NCBI GenBank assembly: GCA_029005175.1
Contig: JAQXFQ010000030.1
Span: forward strand, 1-48,686
DNA: 48,686 bases
DNA from: Bacillota bacterium
Lineage (GTDB): Bacteria; Bacillota; Clostridia; Oscillospirales; Acutalibacteraceae
Direction of reading: 5' to 3'
In this document: in pieces, positions 8,670 to 17,772 of the stretch
Layout of the letters: the number at the start of each line of letters is the position of its first letter
Position numbering within the stretch: the stretch's first letter is position 1
Made by a program: the position numbers and the translations under genes
The notes under the pieces: model-generated
The model's database searches: none
What the model was told of the DNA's origin: nothing
What the model saw: the letters and a program-made list of their open reading frames with translations, nothing else

Positions 8670-9044
8670 TTAATAAATCTCCTTCCAATGCGTCTCCCAT
8701 AAAAAGCAAACGCTTTGCACATGTATAAAAGCTTCATAATAGATTCACCACCAAATTATACAATAAAATCGGCTTATTGTCACTTGATAGATATTACAAA
8801 ATAATAAAAAAATTTTCACGGAAAACTCTACAAAATTAACCAAATATGTAAATGTTGTTCGTTAGGAAAATATAGCATATATATTAACGAACTGAGAATA
8901 AAAAGGAAACAAAAGATAAGGACAGGGGCAATAGCTTTAGGTGTTTTGCGTTTTCATATTTTTTTAGCTAAGGTTGGTCATAATAAGAGCTTTTGCTAAT
9001 AAATATTATAATATAAAACAAGATACAGACGAGGAGTGTAAATT

Positions 9045-9821
9045 TTGATTCATATGCGTACAAGACAATGGTTTTTACTATTTGCCTCAATAGTTCTTAT
9101 AATATCGCTTTTTTTAACCAATAATATATATAAAGCTGAATTACTTGCCGGAAATTCTGAAACAATAACACTGGAGAAGAGCTGTAAAGTTGTTATACTT
9201 GACGCAGGTCATGGAGGCTTTGACGGCGGGGCTATAGGGATTAACGGCACTATAGAAAAGGATATAAATCTTACCATATCCCTTAAGCTGCGTGACATGC
9301 TTGAAGATGCAGGGTACGCCGTAATAATGACGCGTGACACCGACACAGCATTAGAAAATGAAGGTGACAGCTCCACCCGTCAGAAAAAAGTAAGTGATAT
9401 GCGCAATCGCCTTAATCTGACAAAGTTGTATCCCAACGCCATGCTTATAAGTATACATCAAAACAAGCTGGAAGGCAATCAAAAAGTGTTCGGAGGACAG
9501 ATTTTTTACTCTCCAAATAATGGAAACAGCAAGCTGCTGGCGCAATTGATACAGGATGAATTCAACACATATATACAGCCTCAGAAAAAAAGAGAAATAG
9601 TAAAAACAGGAAAGAACCTTTATCTGTTTTATAATGCAAAAAATGTCGCTGTGTTGTGCGAATGCGGCTTTCTATCCAATCCTGAAGAAGAGGCTTTGCT
9701 TAATACCGACGAATATCAAAAGAAGATTGCATATTGCATTTTCAGCGGTATTATGGTATATAATGAAAGTAATACATCTGCCGATAATACGACGGCGGAA
9801 TACATCGGGTCACAAAAATAA
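9045..9821 (+). CDS. cwlD: N-acetylmuramoyl-L-alanine amidase, CwlD-like (sporulation/germination type)
   Basis: N-terminal TM, then Amidase_3 motifs ILDAGHGGFDGGAIG and CECGFLSNPEE; size ~258 aa. TTG start 8 nt after GAGGAG. Confidence 0.75.
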   Translation: MIHMRTRQWFLLFASIVLIISLFLTNNIYKAELLAGNSETITLEKSCKVVILDAGHGGFDGGAIGINGTIEKDINLTISLKLRDMLEDAGYAVIMTRDTDTALENEGDSSTRQKKVSDMRNRLNLTKLYPNAMLISIHQNKLEGNQKVFGGQIFYSPNNGNSKLLAQLIQDEFNTYIQPQKKREIVKTGKNLYLFYNAKNVAVLCECGFLSNPEEEALLNTDEYQKKIAYCIFSGIMVYNESNTSADNTTAEYIGSQK

Positions 9822-9890
9822 AATACAGAGCAGCTATTATTGCTGATTGTGTGGAGCACTGAAATAAGCTGAATGAAAGGTTGTTAAAAA

Positions 9891-11276
9891 ATGGCGAAGT
9901 CCAAAAATGTATATGTATGTACCGAATGCGGCTACGAATCAAGCAAATGGTATGGCAAGTGTCCGTCGTGCGGCGAGTGGAATACGCTGGAAGAGCAAAT
10001 CCGCGAAGCTGTCACATACTCTTCCTCACCAAGAAATAACTCAGTTTCAACGCTGTCATCGTATGAAGCTCCGATACAGATAAAGGATATAAGCACCTCG
10101 GACGAGGAACGATGCAGCACAGGTATGGATGAATTGAACCGCGTGCTTGGCGGCGGCATAGTTAAAGGCTCGCTTATATTGCTAGGTGGCGATCCCGGCA
10201 TAGGCAAATCCACAATACTCATGCAGATTTGCGAATATCTCGGTCGCACGATGAAAATATTATATGTATCGGGTGAGGAATCCCGCCGTCAGCTTAAGCT
10301 GAGAGCGATACGACTTGGGGTAAACAGCGAGAATTTGTATGTTATGACCGAAACTGATGTTGAGCGCGTAATAGAGAATATCAAGGCAATGAAGCCCGAT
10401 ATAGTTATGATAGATTCTATTCAAACTATGAACCTGAAAGAATTGTCATCTTCCCCCGGCAGCGTGGTTCAGGTCAGAGAATGCACCAATGCCATCATGC
10501 GCACTATAAAGGCTCTCGATATTCCCACCATAATTGTAGGGCATGTCAATAAGGACGGCGCAATCGCAGGACCAAAGGTACTTGAGCATGTAGTGGACGC
10601 TGTGCTGTATTTTGAGGGCGACCGACATCTTTCATACAGAATCCTGCGCGCTGTCAAAAATCGCTACGGCTCTACCAATGAAATCGGCGTCTTTGAGATG
10701 CAGGAAGACGGTTTGTGTGAGGTAGAAAATCCCTCTATGATGCTGCTGTCAGGCAGACCTGTAAATGTATCAGGAACCTGTGTGGCATGCGCCATGGAGG
10801 GTACACGCCCGATTTTTGCCGAGGTGCAGGGGTTGGCAGCATCGTCAGGCTTCGGAAATCCCAGGCGTATGTCAACGGGATTTGATATTAACCGCATGAA
10901 CCTTATCATAGCTGTACTTGAAAAGCGCTCCGGGTATTTTTTTGCCAATATGGATACCTATATAAATATAGTCGGCGGCATGAGGCTTTTTGAACCGGCA
11001 GTCGACCTCGCCGTTGCTGTGGCGCTGGTCAGCAGTCTGAAAGACGTTTGCGTGGGCGAGGATTTAATAGCCTTCGGCGAAATAGGACTGGCTGGTGAGC
11101 TTCGCGCGGTCAACCACGCGGAGGCGCGTATTCGCGAGGCGTCGCGGCTGGGATTCAAACGCTGCATAATGCCATATCATAACCTGCAGTCGCTCAAAAA
11201 TTCTCCCAAGGATTATGGCATTCAACTGTTAGGAGTGCGCTCAGTCAGAGAAGCCATCGAGGCTTTGAGTAATTAA
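9891..11276 (+). CDS. radA: DNA repair protein RadA/Sms
   Basis: N-terminal zinc ribbon YVCTECGYESSKWYGKCPSCGEWNTL, Walker A GGDPGIGKST, KNRYG motif, Lon-like C-terminal domain. Confidence 0.95.
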   Translation: MAKSKNVYVCTECGYESSKWYGKCPSCGEWNTLEEQIREAVTYSSSPRNNSVSTLSSYEAPIQIKDISTSDEERCSTGMDELNRVLGGGIVKGSLILLGGDPGIGKSTILMQICEYLGRTMKILYVSGEESRRQLKLRAIRLGVNSENLYVMTETDVERVIENIKAMKPDIVMIDSIQTMNLKELSSSPGSVVQVRECTNAIMRTIKALDIPTIIVGHVNKDGAIAGPKVLEHVVDAVLYFEGDRHLSYRILRAVKNRYGSTNEIGVFEMQEDGLCEVENPSMMLLSGRPVNVSGTCVACAMEGTRPIFAEVQGLAASSGFGNPRRMSTGFDINRMNLIIAVLEKRSGYFFANMDTYINIVGGMRLFEPAVDLAVAVALVSSLKDVCVGEDLIAFGEIGLAGELRAVNHAEARIREASRLGFKRCIMPYHNLQSLKNSPKDYGIQLLGVRSVREAIEALSN

Positions 11277-11430
11277 ATTTATCGCTGGGCGGCAGGTAAA
11301 TCCCGCTTGATTTCGGTTTATAATACGGACACCCCTTGAAGGATGAATTTGTAATCGGCATGTATTTTTCCAGTCGGCAAAATCCGTCACATTGATAAAA
11401 GCAATCGCTTATGCAGGGAACCATATTCAA
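11245..11430 (-). CDS. Small Cys-rich hypothetical protein (~61 aa), convergent with and overlapping the radA 3' end
   Basis: ORF product (M)NMVPCISDCFYQCDGFCRLEKYMPITNSSFKGCPYYKPK. GGAGG lies 8 nt upstream of the TTG at 11430. The Cys spacing resembles small Cys-rich proteins I recall from Clostridia, but no family could be assigned. Confidence 0.35.
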   Translation of the reverse strand: MNMVPCISDCFYQCDGFCRLEKYMPITNSSFKGCPYYKPKSSGIYLPPSDKFNYSKPRWLL

Positions 11431-11470
11431 TCGTAACACCTCCAAAATTTTAATTATATTCTATGTGTAA

Positions 11471-11507
11471 TCTCTCCGTTAGTTTTTTCAGCGGAGAGAT
11501 TTTTATT
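11471..11507 (+). terminator. Rho-independent terminator-like hairpin
   Basis: TCTCTCCG (11471..11478) pairs with CGGAGAGA (11492..11499) and is followed by TTTTTATT. Confidence 0.6.
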
Positions 11508-11637
11508 CATTTGTGTTTTGTAACATATTAATTAATATAAAATTGTTAATTTTAATCAATTTTGATAGAAATATCTTTTATTTCGGCAATGATTATGATA
11601 CAATAATTAAAACACGCAAATTATTTTGGAGGGGAAT

Positions 11638-12219
11638 ATGGCAAAGCTCTATTTTAAATACGGAGCAATGGGCAGTTCAAAAACGGCGCAGGCTCTGATA
11701 ACAAAATTCAATTATGAGGAGCGCGGCATGAAAGTCTGGCTTATCAAGCCGTCAATTGATGACCGCGATGGAATTGACGAGGTTTCATCGCGCATAGGAC
11801 TGCATCAGAAATGCCGCACGATTTACCCCGATGACAGAATATGGGAGCTTTTTGGTCGGCAAAGCGGCATTGATGTGATTATCACGGATGAATGTCAGTT
11901 TTTTACTCCCGAGCAAATCGACGATCTCAGGCGCATTGTGGATGAATGTAATCTGCCTGTGCTGTGCTTCGGTCTGCGCACTGATTTTCGGACGCGTTTA
12001 TTTCCCGGAAGTGCCAGACTGTTTGAGGTGGCGGATTCAATAACCGAAATCAAGACAATTTGCGACTGCGGCTCTAAAGCCATTGTAAACGCGCGAATTT
12101 CACCCGACGGAAGAATAATTACACACGGCGAACAGGTAATGGTGGGCGGCAACGAAAGCTACAAAGCGATGTGCCACGCCTGCTGGAAGAAGAAAATTAA
12201 GGAACAGGGAGGATTATAA
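11638..12219 (+). CDS. tdk: Thymidine kinase
   Basis: [16 protein letters not shown]..., [16 protein letters not shown] and a C-terminal Cys cluster; close to E. coli-type Tdk as I remember it. RBS GGAGGGG. Confidence 0.9.
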   Translation: MAKLYFKYGAMGSSKTAQALITKFNYEERGMKVWLIKPSIDDRDGIDEVSSRIGLHQKCRTIYPDDRIWELFGRQSGIDVIITDECQFFTPEQIDDLRRIVDECNLPVLCFGLRTDFRTRLFPGSARLFEVADSITEIKTICDCGSKAIVNARISPDGRIITHGEQVMVGGNESYKAMCHACWKKKIKEQGGL

Positions 12220-12224
12220 AAAAT

Positions 12225-12875
12225 ATGGAATACACGGATATTTTGAAAATGGTGGATCATACACTGCTCAGGCAGGACGCGACATGGGATGAAATCAAGG
12301 CGATTTGCGATGATGGAATAAAATATTCCACCGCGTCAGTCTGCATTCCCGCAAGCTATGTTAAGCAAGTGGCGGAATATACAGGCGGCAGGGTGGCGAT
12401 CTGCACGGTAATAGGCTTCCCGAACGGATATTCCACCACAGCCGCTAAGGTATTCGAGACGCAGGACGCAATTGCGAACGGCGCGGACGAAATCGACATG
12501 GTGATAAATATCGGCTGGCTCAAGGATAGAAAATATTATGACATTCTTTCCGAAATCAAAGCGGTTAAAGCGGCGTGCGGCGAAAAAATTCTCAAGGTGA
12601 TAATAGAAACCTGCCTGCTCACCGATGAGGAAAAAATAAAAATGTGTGAGATAGTCTCGCAGTCGGGTGCGGATTTCATCAAGACCTCCACAGGCTTCTC
12701 AACAGGCGGTGCAACAGCAGATGATATTAAATTATTCGCCCGACATGTCGCACCTCACGTCAAAATCAAAGCTGCGGGAGGGATAAGCTCGCTGACAGAC
12801 GCGGAAAATTTTGTCAATCTCGGTGCGTCAAGACTTGGCACGAGCCGAATTGTAAAGATAGTTAAAAATTTATAA
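12225..12875 (+). CDS. deoC: Deoxyribose-phosphate aldolase
   Basis: DHTLL near the N-terminus; Schiff-base Lys context [14 protein letters not shown]; size 216 aa. Confidence 0.9.
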   Translation: MEYTDILKMVDHTLLRQDATWDEIKAICDDGIKYSTASVCIPASYVKQVAEYTGGRVAICTVIGFPNGYSTTAAKVFETQDAIANGADEIDMVINIGWLKDRKYYDILSEIKAVKAACGEKILKVIIETCLLTDEEKIKMCEIVSQSGADFIKTSTGFSTGGATADDIKLFARHVAPHVKIKAAGGISSLTDAENFVNLGASRLGTSRIVKIVKNL

Positions 12876-12903
12876 AAACAATTAAAGAGAGGAAAGATGA
12901 TCT

Positions 12904-13635
12904 ATGTCCGAAAAAAATTATCCCACACCCCACATCAATGCCACACCCGACGATTTTGCGCGCACGGTATTAATGCCGGGCGATCCTCTCCGCGCTAAGT
13001 TCATAGCGGAGAATTACTTGAAAGACGCGGTGCTGGTCAACAACGTCCGCGGAATCCAAGGCTACACAGGCACCTATAACGGCACTAAAGTTTCGGTGAT
13101 GGCGAGCGGAATGGGCATGCCGTCAATCGGAATTTACAGTTATGAGCTTTACAATTTCTTCGGCGTGGAAAATATAATCCGCGTGGGTACGGCGGGGTCA
13201 ATCAACCCGAATGTCAAGGTACGCGACATTGTAATAGCAATGGGCGCATGCACCAACTCAAATTACGCTTCGCAGTACAAACTGCCCGGGATATTTGCGC
13301 CGATTGCCGACTATGAGCTGATGAAAACGGCTATCGAAAACGCCGAAAAGCACAGCGCGAATTATCACGTCGGCAACTGCCTTTCCTCCGATACCTTCTA
13401 CTGTGATGACCCTACAGCAACTGAAAAATGGGCGAAAATGGGCGTTATGTGCATAGAAATGGAGGCTGCGGCGCTCTATATGAATGCGGCGAGATGCGGC
13501 AAAAAGGCTCTCGGAATATTCACAATTTCCGACCACATTCTGACGGGTGAGGCAACCAATGCAGAGGAAAGGCAGACTTCATTCACACAGATGATGGAAA
13601 TTGCTCTGGATACAGCAATTCAGATGGAAAAATAA
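12904..13635 (+). CDS. deoD: Purine nucleoside phosphorylase, DeoD type
   Basis: TPHINA...VLMPGDPLRAKFIAENYL...VNNVRGIQGYTGTYNG...MGMPS, very similar to E. coli DeoD as remembered. Confidence 0.92.
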   Translation: MSEKNYPTPHINATPDDFARTVLMPGDPLRAKFIAENYLKDAVLVNNVRGIQGYTGTYNGTKVSVMASGMGMPSIGIYSYELYNFFGVENIIRVGTAGSINPNVKVRDIVIAMGACTNSNYASQYKLPGIFAPIADYELMKTAIENAEKHSANYHVGNCLSSDTFYCDDPTATEKWAKMGVMCIEMEAAALYMNAARCGKKALGIFTISDHILTGEATNAEERQTSFTQMMEIALDTAIQMEK

Positions 13636-13653
13636 GTTGAAAGGCGTGGTAAT

Positions 13654-15213
13654 TTGGACAGCATAAAACGTGTGTTTTTGATAGTTCTTGACAGTCTGGG
13701 AGCGGGAGAATTGCCCGACGCCTCGGACTACGGTGACAAAGGCTCAAATACCCTGCGCAGTATTTCGCAGTCGCCTCAGATTTTCATTCCAAACCTACGC
13801 AAGCTCGGCATAGGCAATATTGACGGGCTGGGGTTTCTAGGCACTAATGAAAATCAACAGGCGGCGGTTTGCAAGCTTGGTGAGTTGTCAAAGGGGAAGG
13901 ATTCTACAATAGGTCACTGGGAAATTTCGGGGATTATTTCCGACAGTCCTCTGCCGACATTTCCGAATGGCTTCCCGCAGGAAATTATTGACAAGTTCAG
14001 CGAGTTGACGGGCAGGGGAGTGCTCTGCAACAAGCCATATTCAGGCACGCAGGTTATCGCCGACTACGGTGAGCAGCACGAGCGCACGGGAGATTTAATT
14101 GTCTACACCTCAGCCGACAGCGTGTTTCAGATAGCGGCGCATGAAAATATCGTTCCGATTGAAAAGCTGTATGAATACTGCGAAATCGCCCGCCAAATCC
14201 TTGTCGGAAAGTATGGAGTGGGGCGAGTTATTGCGCGCCCGTTCGTTGGTTCGGCAGGCAATTACACCCGAACCTCTCGTCGTCACGATTTTTCAATAGA
14301 GCCGCCGCAGAAAACAATTTTGGACTCATTGAAAGCTGCCGGGCGGGATGTTATCTCAGTTGGCAAAATCAAGGATTTGTTTGCTGAGCGAGGCCTGACT
14401 GAGATGCTTGCTACAAAGAACAATGCTGACGGAATGGAAAAAACAGCAGAAGCCGCCGACAGGGATTTCAACGGCTTGTGCTTTGTGAATCTGGTGGATT
14501 TCGACATGGTTTACGGTCATCGCAACAATGTTGACGGATACGCCGCAGCCCTGTCTGAGTTTGACAAGTGGCTGGGTGAATTTTTGCCGAAGCTGCGGGA
14601 TGACGATATTTTGATGATTACAGCCGACCACGGCTGTGACCCGGGAGATATAAGCACCGACCACACCAGAGAATATATTCCGCTGATGATTTACGGCAAG
14701 CTTGTTTCACCGATAAATTTAGGCATTCGCCAAACTTTCTCGGACATTGCCGCGACTTTGGCGGAAATTTTCGGTGTAAATTACACCTGCGCGGGTGAGA
14801 GCATGCTTGGAGAACTTACCGACATGAAGCAGCATCTGTGTAATCAGGCAAAACGCGCTTTGCAAAAATCCTACTCGCCATATTCAGGCTACCGTGTGGG
14901 CGCAGCACTTCTTACCGGGAGCGGTAAAATTTATACAGGCTGCAATATCGAAAATTCCGCGTTTTCGCCCACTATATGTGCGGAACGCACTGCGTTTGCC
15001 AAGGCAGTCAGCGAGGGTGAAAAAAGTTTCAGAATGATAGCCGTGGCGGGCGGCAAAGGCGGCATAGTAACGGATATTTTCCCGCCGTGCGGTGTGTGTC
15101 GGCAGGTAATGCGTGAATTTTGCACTCAGAATTTTATTATTTTGCTGGCAAAAGACTGCGGTTACGAGGAATACACCCTGTCTCAGCTTCTCCCGAACAG
15201 TTTTTCAATTTAA
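13654..15213 (+). CDS. deoB: Fusion protein: phosphopentomutase (aa 1-390) + cytidine deaminase (aa 391-519)
   Basis: N-terminal part has VFLIVLDSLGAGELPDA..GSNTL and ITADHGCDP. C-terminal part has YSPYSGYRVGAALL, CAERTA and PCGVCRQVMREF (zinc ligands of Cdd). It is one uninterrupted frame. Confidence 0.85.
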   Translation: MDSIKRVFLIVLDSLGAGELPDASDYGDKGSNTLRSISQSPQIFIPNLRKLGIGNIDGLGFLGTNENQQAAVCKLGELSKGKDSTIGHWEISGIISDSPLPTFPNGFPQEIIDKFSELTGRGVLCNKPYSGTQVIADYGEQHERTGDLIVYTSADSVFQIAAHENIVPIEKLYEYCEIARQILVGKYGVGRVIARPFVGSAGNYTRTSRRHDFSIEPPQKTILDSLKAAGRDVISVGKIKDLFAERGLTEMLATKNNADGMEKTAEAADRDFNGLCFVNLVDFDMVYGHRNNVDGYAAALSEFDKWLGEFLPKLRDDDILMITADHGCDPGDISTDHTREYIPLMIYGKLVSPINLGIRQTFSDIAATLAEIFGVNYTCAGESMLGELTDMKQHLCNQAKRALQKSYSPYSGYRVGAALLTGSGKIYTGCNIENSAFSPTICAERTAFAKAVSEGEKSFRMIAVAGGKGGIVTDIFPPCGVCRQVMREFCTQNFIILLAKDCGYEEYTLSQLLPNSFSI

Positions 15214-15223
15214 CTTAACAGTA

Positions 15224-15270
15224 ATAAGCCGATTTATCGCTGAGTTTGTGATAAAATCGGCTTATTTGGT
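15224..15270 (+). terminator. Rho-independent terminator of the deo operon
   Basis: ATAAGCCGATTT (15224..15235) pairs with AAATCGGCTTAT (15254..15265) and is followed by a T-rich tail. Confidence 0.7.
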
Positions 15271-15337
15271 GCTTTGTAAAATATTATTATTGAACAAATG
15301 CGGCGGCTGTGGTAAAATAAACCGTGAGGTGACTGCG

Positions 15338-15961
15338 GTGGAAGAATATATTACGCTCGAAAAAGCGTCATCAGATGAATTTGTGGAAAGAAAATCCCGT
15401 TTCATAGGCTATGCCCGACCTGTAAAAAGTGAGGAAGAGGCACTCGATTTTATAGCGCAAATAAAATCAAAGCACTGGGACGCAACCCACAATGTTTACG
15501 CATATTGTCTGCGTGAAAACAACATTTGTCGATATTCAGACGACGGTGAGCCGTCCGGCACTGCCGGGATACCGGTGCTTAATGTACTGCAAAAAAACAG
15601 TCTCACCGACTGCGCGGTAGTAGTGACGCGTTATTTCGGCGGAATACTTCTGGGCGGCGGTGGATTAGTGCGCGCCTACACGCACGGAGCGTCAATCGGC
15701 GTCAACGCGGCGGGCATCATAACAATGCGTCTGTGCGCTATCTGCTCGCTAAGGTGCGACTATAACCAATACGGACGGATAAATTCTCTGATTCCGGAGT
15801 GCGGAGGTATTGTGACCAATGCTGAATTCGGCGCAGACGTGGATTTATCATTTTCCATGACACGCGAGGATTTTGATTCCTTTTTGCCAAAACTGGCCGA
15901 TGCTACCAACGGAAGCGTCAAGGCCGAAATTGTAGGGGAAGAATATATTCGTGTAATTTAG
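15338..15961 (+). CDS. yigZ: YigZ/IMPACT family protein (UPF0029)
   Basis: ERKSRFIGYARPV, KHWDATHNVYAY, DDGEPSGTAGIPVL, TRYFGGILLGGGGLVRAY. GTG start 6 nt after AGGTG. The long N-terminal extension in the ORF track (from 15113) would span the deo terminator. Confidence 0.85.
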   Translation: MEEYITLEKASSDEFVERKSRFIGYARPVKSEEEALDFIAQIKSKHWDATHNVYAYCLRENNICRYSDDGEPSGTAGIPVLNVLQKNSLTDCAVVVTRYFGGILLGGGGLVRAYTHGASIGVNAAGIITMRLCAICSLRCDYNQYGRINSLIPECGGIVTNAEFGADVDLSFSMTREDFDSFLPKLADATNGSVKAEIVGEEYIRVI

Positions 15962-16118
15962 AGCCTATTCGCAAATCATCAGCACACATCTTGTTTGCAT
16001 TTTTCCGTCATTTTGCTTTAAAATTTTTTGACATACGTCAGTATGCCTGCAAAATTTTAAAGCATCTGACGAAAAATCTGACTGCGCAATCTGTATACTT
16101 ATAATTTACGGATAGGCT
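15962..16118. repeat. ~157-nt imperfect palindrome (extended hairpin) immediately after the yigZ stop
   Basis: Outer arms 15962..15976 and 16104..16118 (about 14 of 15 positions pair). Middle pairing 16006..16010 with 16067..16071. Perfect 14-bp inner stem 16014..16027 with 16051..16064. Tip mini-hairpin CATAC-gtca-GTATG. TTTT follows at 16119. Confidence 0.7.
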
Positions 16119-16202
16119 TTTAAATTAACAGAAATTTACTTGATATTTTTGTTTAATTGCAGTAAAATTATATGTCAGAAATTATATGTTAGGGTGATAT
16201 GT

Positions 16203-16718
16203 TTGACAGAACAATTGACTATAAACAAGGAATACGGCAGAATTTCCGAGCTTTTTTTTGCTGTGTGGAATGTGAATCCGCCGATAAATTATATTTGGGT
16301 TGATTTTGAAAACAAGCGCGTTATGTGCGGTCAGAACGATGAAATATGCGATCTTGCCGGTGAACGCAGAAATATCAAAACTCAGGGCGGCAAGTTTGTG
16401 GAGCTTATTTCATATGACGAAAACGGAGAACCTATTCTTAATTTCGATAATTTCTCGTTTGAGGAGGACGCGCCTTTTGTCGAGGCGAGTCAAGCCGATC
16501 TGATGAAATTTCTCGCCGTCCTGCAAAAAATTGATATTCTCAGCTGGCGCAGCAGCTTTCCGTCACGCCGCGAGGGCATAAGCTGGCGTGTGGATATTTA
16601 TTCACAAAACGGCAGCGAAAAGCATTCTAGCGGGCAAGCTCGCTTTCCGTTGGAATGGGCTGAATTCGGACGGTCGATCAGCGCACTCGTGCAGTCGGTT
16701 CAAAACGACAATAAGTGA
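16203..16718 (+). CDS. Hypothetical protein (~171 aa), start uncertain
   Basis: Long ORF with no recognised motif. A TTG at 16203 lies 5 nt after AGGGTGA. An ATG at 16199 is in another frame and terminates after 34 codons. Confidence 0.4.
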   Translation: MTEQLTINKEYGRISELFFAVWNVNPPINYIWVDFENKRVMCGQNDEICDLAGERRNIKTQGGKFVELISYDENGEPILNFDNFSFEEDAPFVEASQADLMKFLAVLQKIDILSWRSSFPSRREGISWRVDIYSQNGSEKHSSGQARFPLEWAEFGRSISALVQSVQNDNK

Positions 16719-16746
16719 GCTTGAGTGCTAGGAGGTTGCCCGTATT

Positions 16747-17721
16747 ATGTCCGAACAAAAGAAAAAAAAGAACGTCAACGCGATGTTTAACGTGCTCAAC
16801 AGTGAGTTTGGCGGGAAGTCAAACAGTAGAAGCTCAGGCGGTAAAAAAAGCAATGTCTCCCATAAAAAACGTAAAAATAAGTCAGATGCCAAAAAGTCAA
16901 GGTCAGCGGACAATATCGGACTTGGCTTTGTAAAGTTTCTGATACTTTTTGTCACAGCACTCGCATTGGCATGGGTCATATTCATGCCGTCGCACAGTCT
17001 TGAGGAATTGACAGCGTATCTTTCCGGAAATTTTTCTCAGTTGGTTGAGCATATACATAGTTCTGATTCGCAGACCGGGGCAGATTCTTCTGCCGAACAG
17101 ACATCTTCGGCAAGTTATACTTCTGCACAAACCACTGCGGCTACAACAACAGCCTCAACATCAGCTACAACCACTAAGACTTCAGCCGCAACAACGGTTC
17201 ATTATGTGGTTTCGCCTGATTCGGCAGAACCCGATAATATAAAGGTGTATTTAAAGAGCCAGCTGGTCGCGGTTTACGACAGCGAAGGCGGTGTGATAAA
17301 GGTCTTTATATGTTCCTCGGGAAAAAGCTCCACACCTACGAGAACAGGTGATTACGCCATTCACCATCAATACCGCTGGCGGCTGATGATTGGCGATTGT
17401 TACGCACAGTATGCGTCTGCATTCAGCGGAAGTTACCTTTTTCATTCAATTCCGTATAACAGGCAGGACGCTTCAACTATGTCAAATGCGTCATATGACA
17501 AACTGGGAAGCGGCGCTTCAGCAGGATGCATCAGACTTTGCTGCCGCGACGCGAAGTGGATTTATGACAATTGCAAAATCGGCACCAAGGTAAAGGTAGT
17601 GAATGAGTTTGCGCCCGACGGTCTTGAAGGCGAAGAAATTCCGGTGCGTATCAAGAAAAATAAATACAGCGGTTGGGATCCTACAGATCCTTCTGCCCAA
17701 AATCCATACAATAAATTATAA
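16747..17721 (+). CDS. L,D-transpeptidase (YkuD domain), membrane-anchored
   Basis: Catalytic region YLFHSIPY...GSGASAGCIRLCCRDAKWIY. Lys-rich cytoplasmic N-terminus, one TM (FLILFVTALALAWVIF) and a Thr/Ala/Ser-rich linker. Confidence 0.85.
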   Translation: MSEQKKKKNVNAMFNVLNSEFGGKSNSRSSGGKKSNVSHKKRKNKSDAKKSRSADNIGLGFVKFLILFVTALALAWVIFMPSHSLEELTAYLSGNFSQLVEHIHSSDSQTGADSSAEQTSSASYTSAQTTAATTTASTSATTTKTSAATTVHYVVSPDSAEPDNIKVYLKSQLVAVYDSEGGVIKVFICSSGKSSTPTRTGDYAIHHQYRWRLMIGDCYAQYASAFSGSYLFHSIPYNRQDASTMSNASYDKLGSGASAGCIRLCCRDAKWIYDNCKIGTKVKVVNEFAPDGLEGEEIPVRIKKNKYSGWDPTDPSAQNPYNKL

Positions 17722-17772
17722 GCAAAAGACAAGCATTCTATCGATAATACGATTGACTGCTTGTCTTTTGCT
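17721..17772. terminator. Bidirectional terminator between the L,D-transpeptidase gene and spoIIR
   Basis: Perfect 15-bp stem: AGCAAAAGACAAGCA (17721..17735) with TGCTTGTCTTTTGCT (17758..17772). Confidence 0.75.

Noticed and set aside
8670-9044. The long AT-rich intergenic regions (8670..9044 and 27863..28258) were scanned for small genes, riboswitches or ncRNAs.
   Set aside because: Only short ORFs without RBS were found (e.g. a 27-aa ORF starting at 8722 and a 24-aa ORF starting at 27959), plus weak hairpins. These regions are best explained as divergent promoter regions. No riboswitch-like conserved core was recognised.
15113-15337. N-terminal extensions offered by the ORF track: 15113 for yigZ, 38263 for the MurR-like gene, 45338 for the response regulator, 22312 for pcrA, 29267 for coaX and 30153 for the S component.
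   Set aside because: The extensions run through terminators or promoters, lack an RBS, and do not match the family N-termini. Internal starts with good RBS were preferred.
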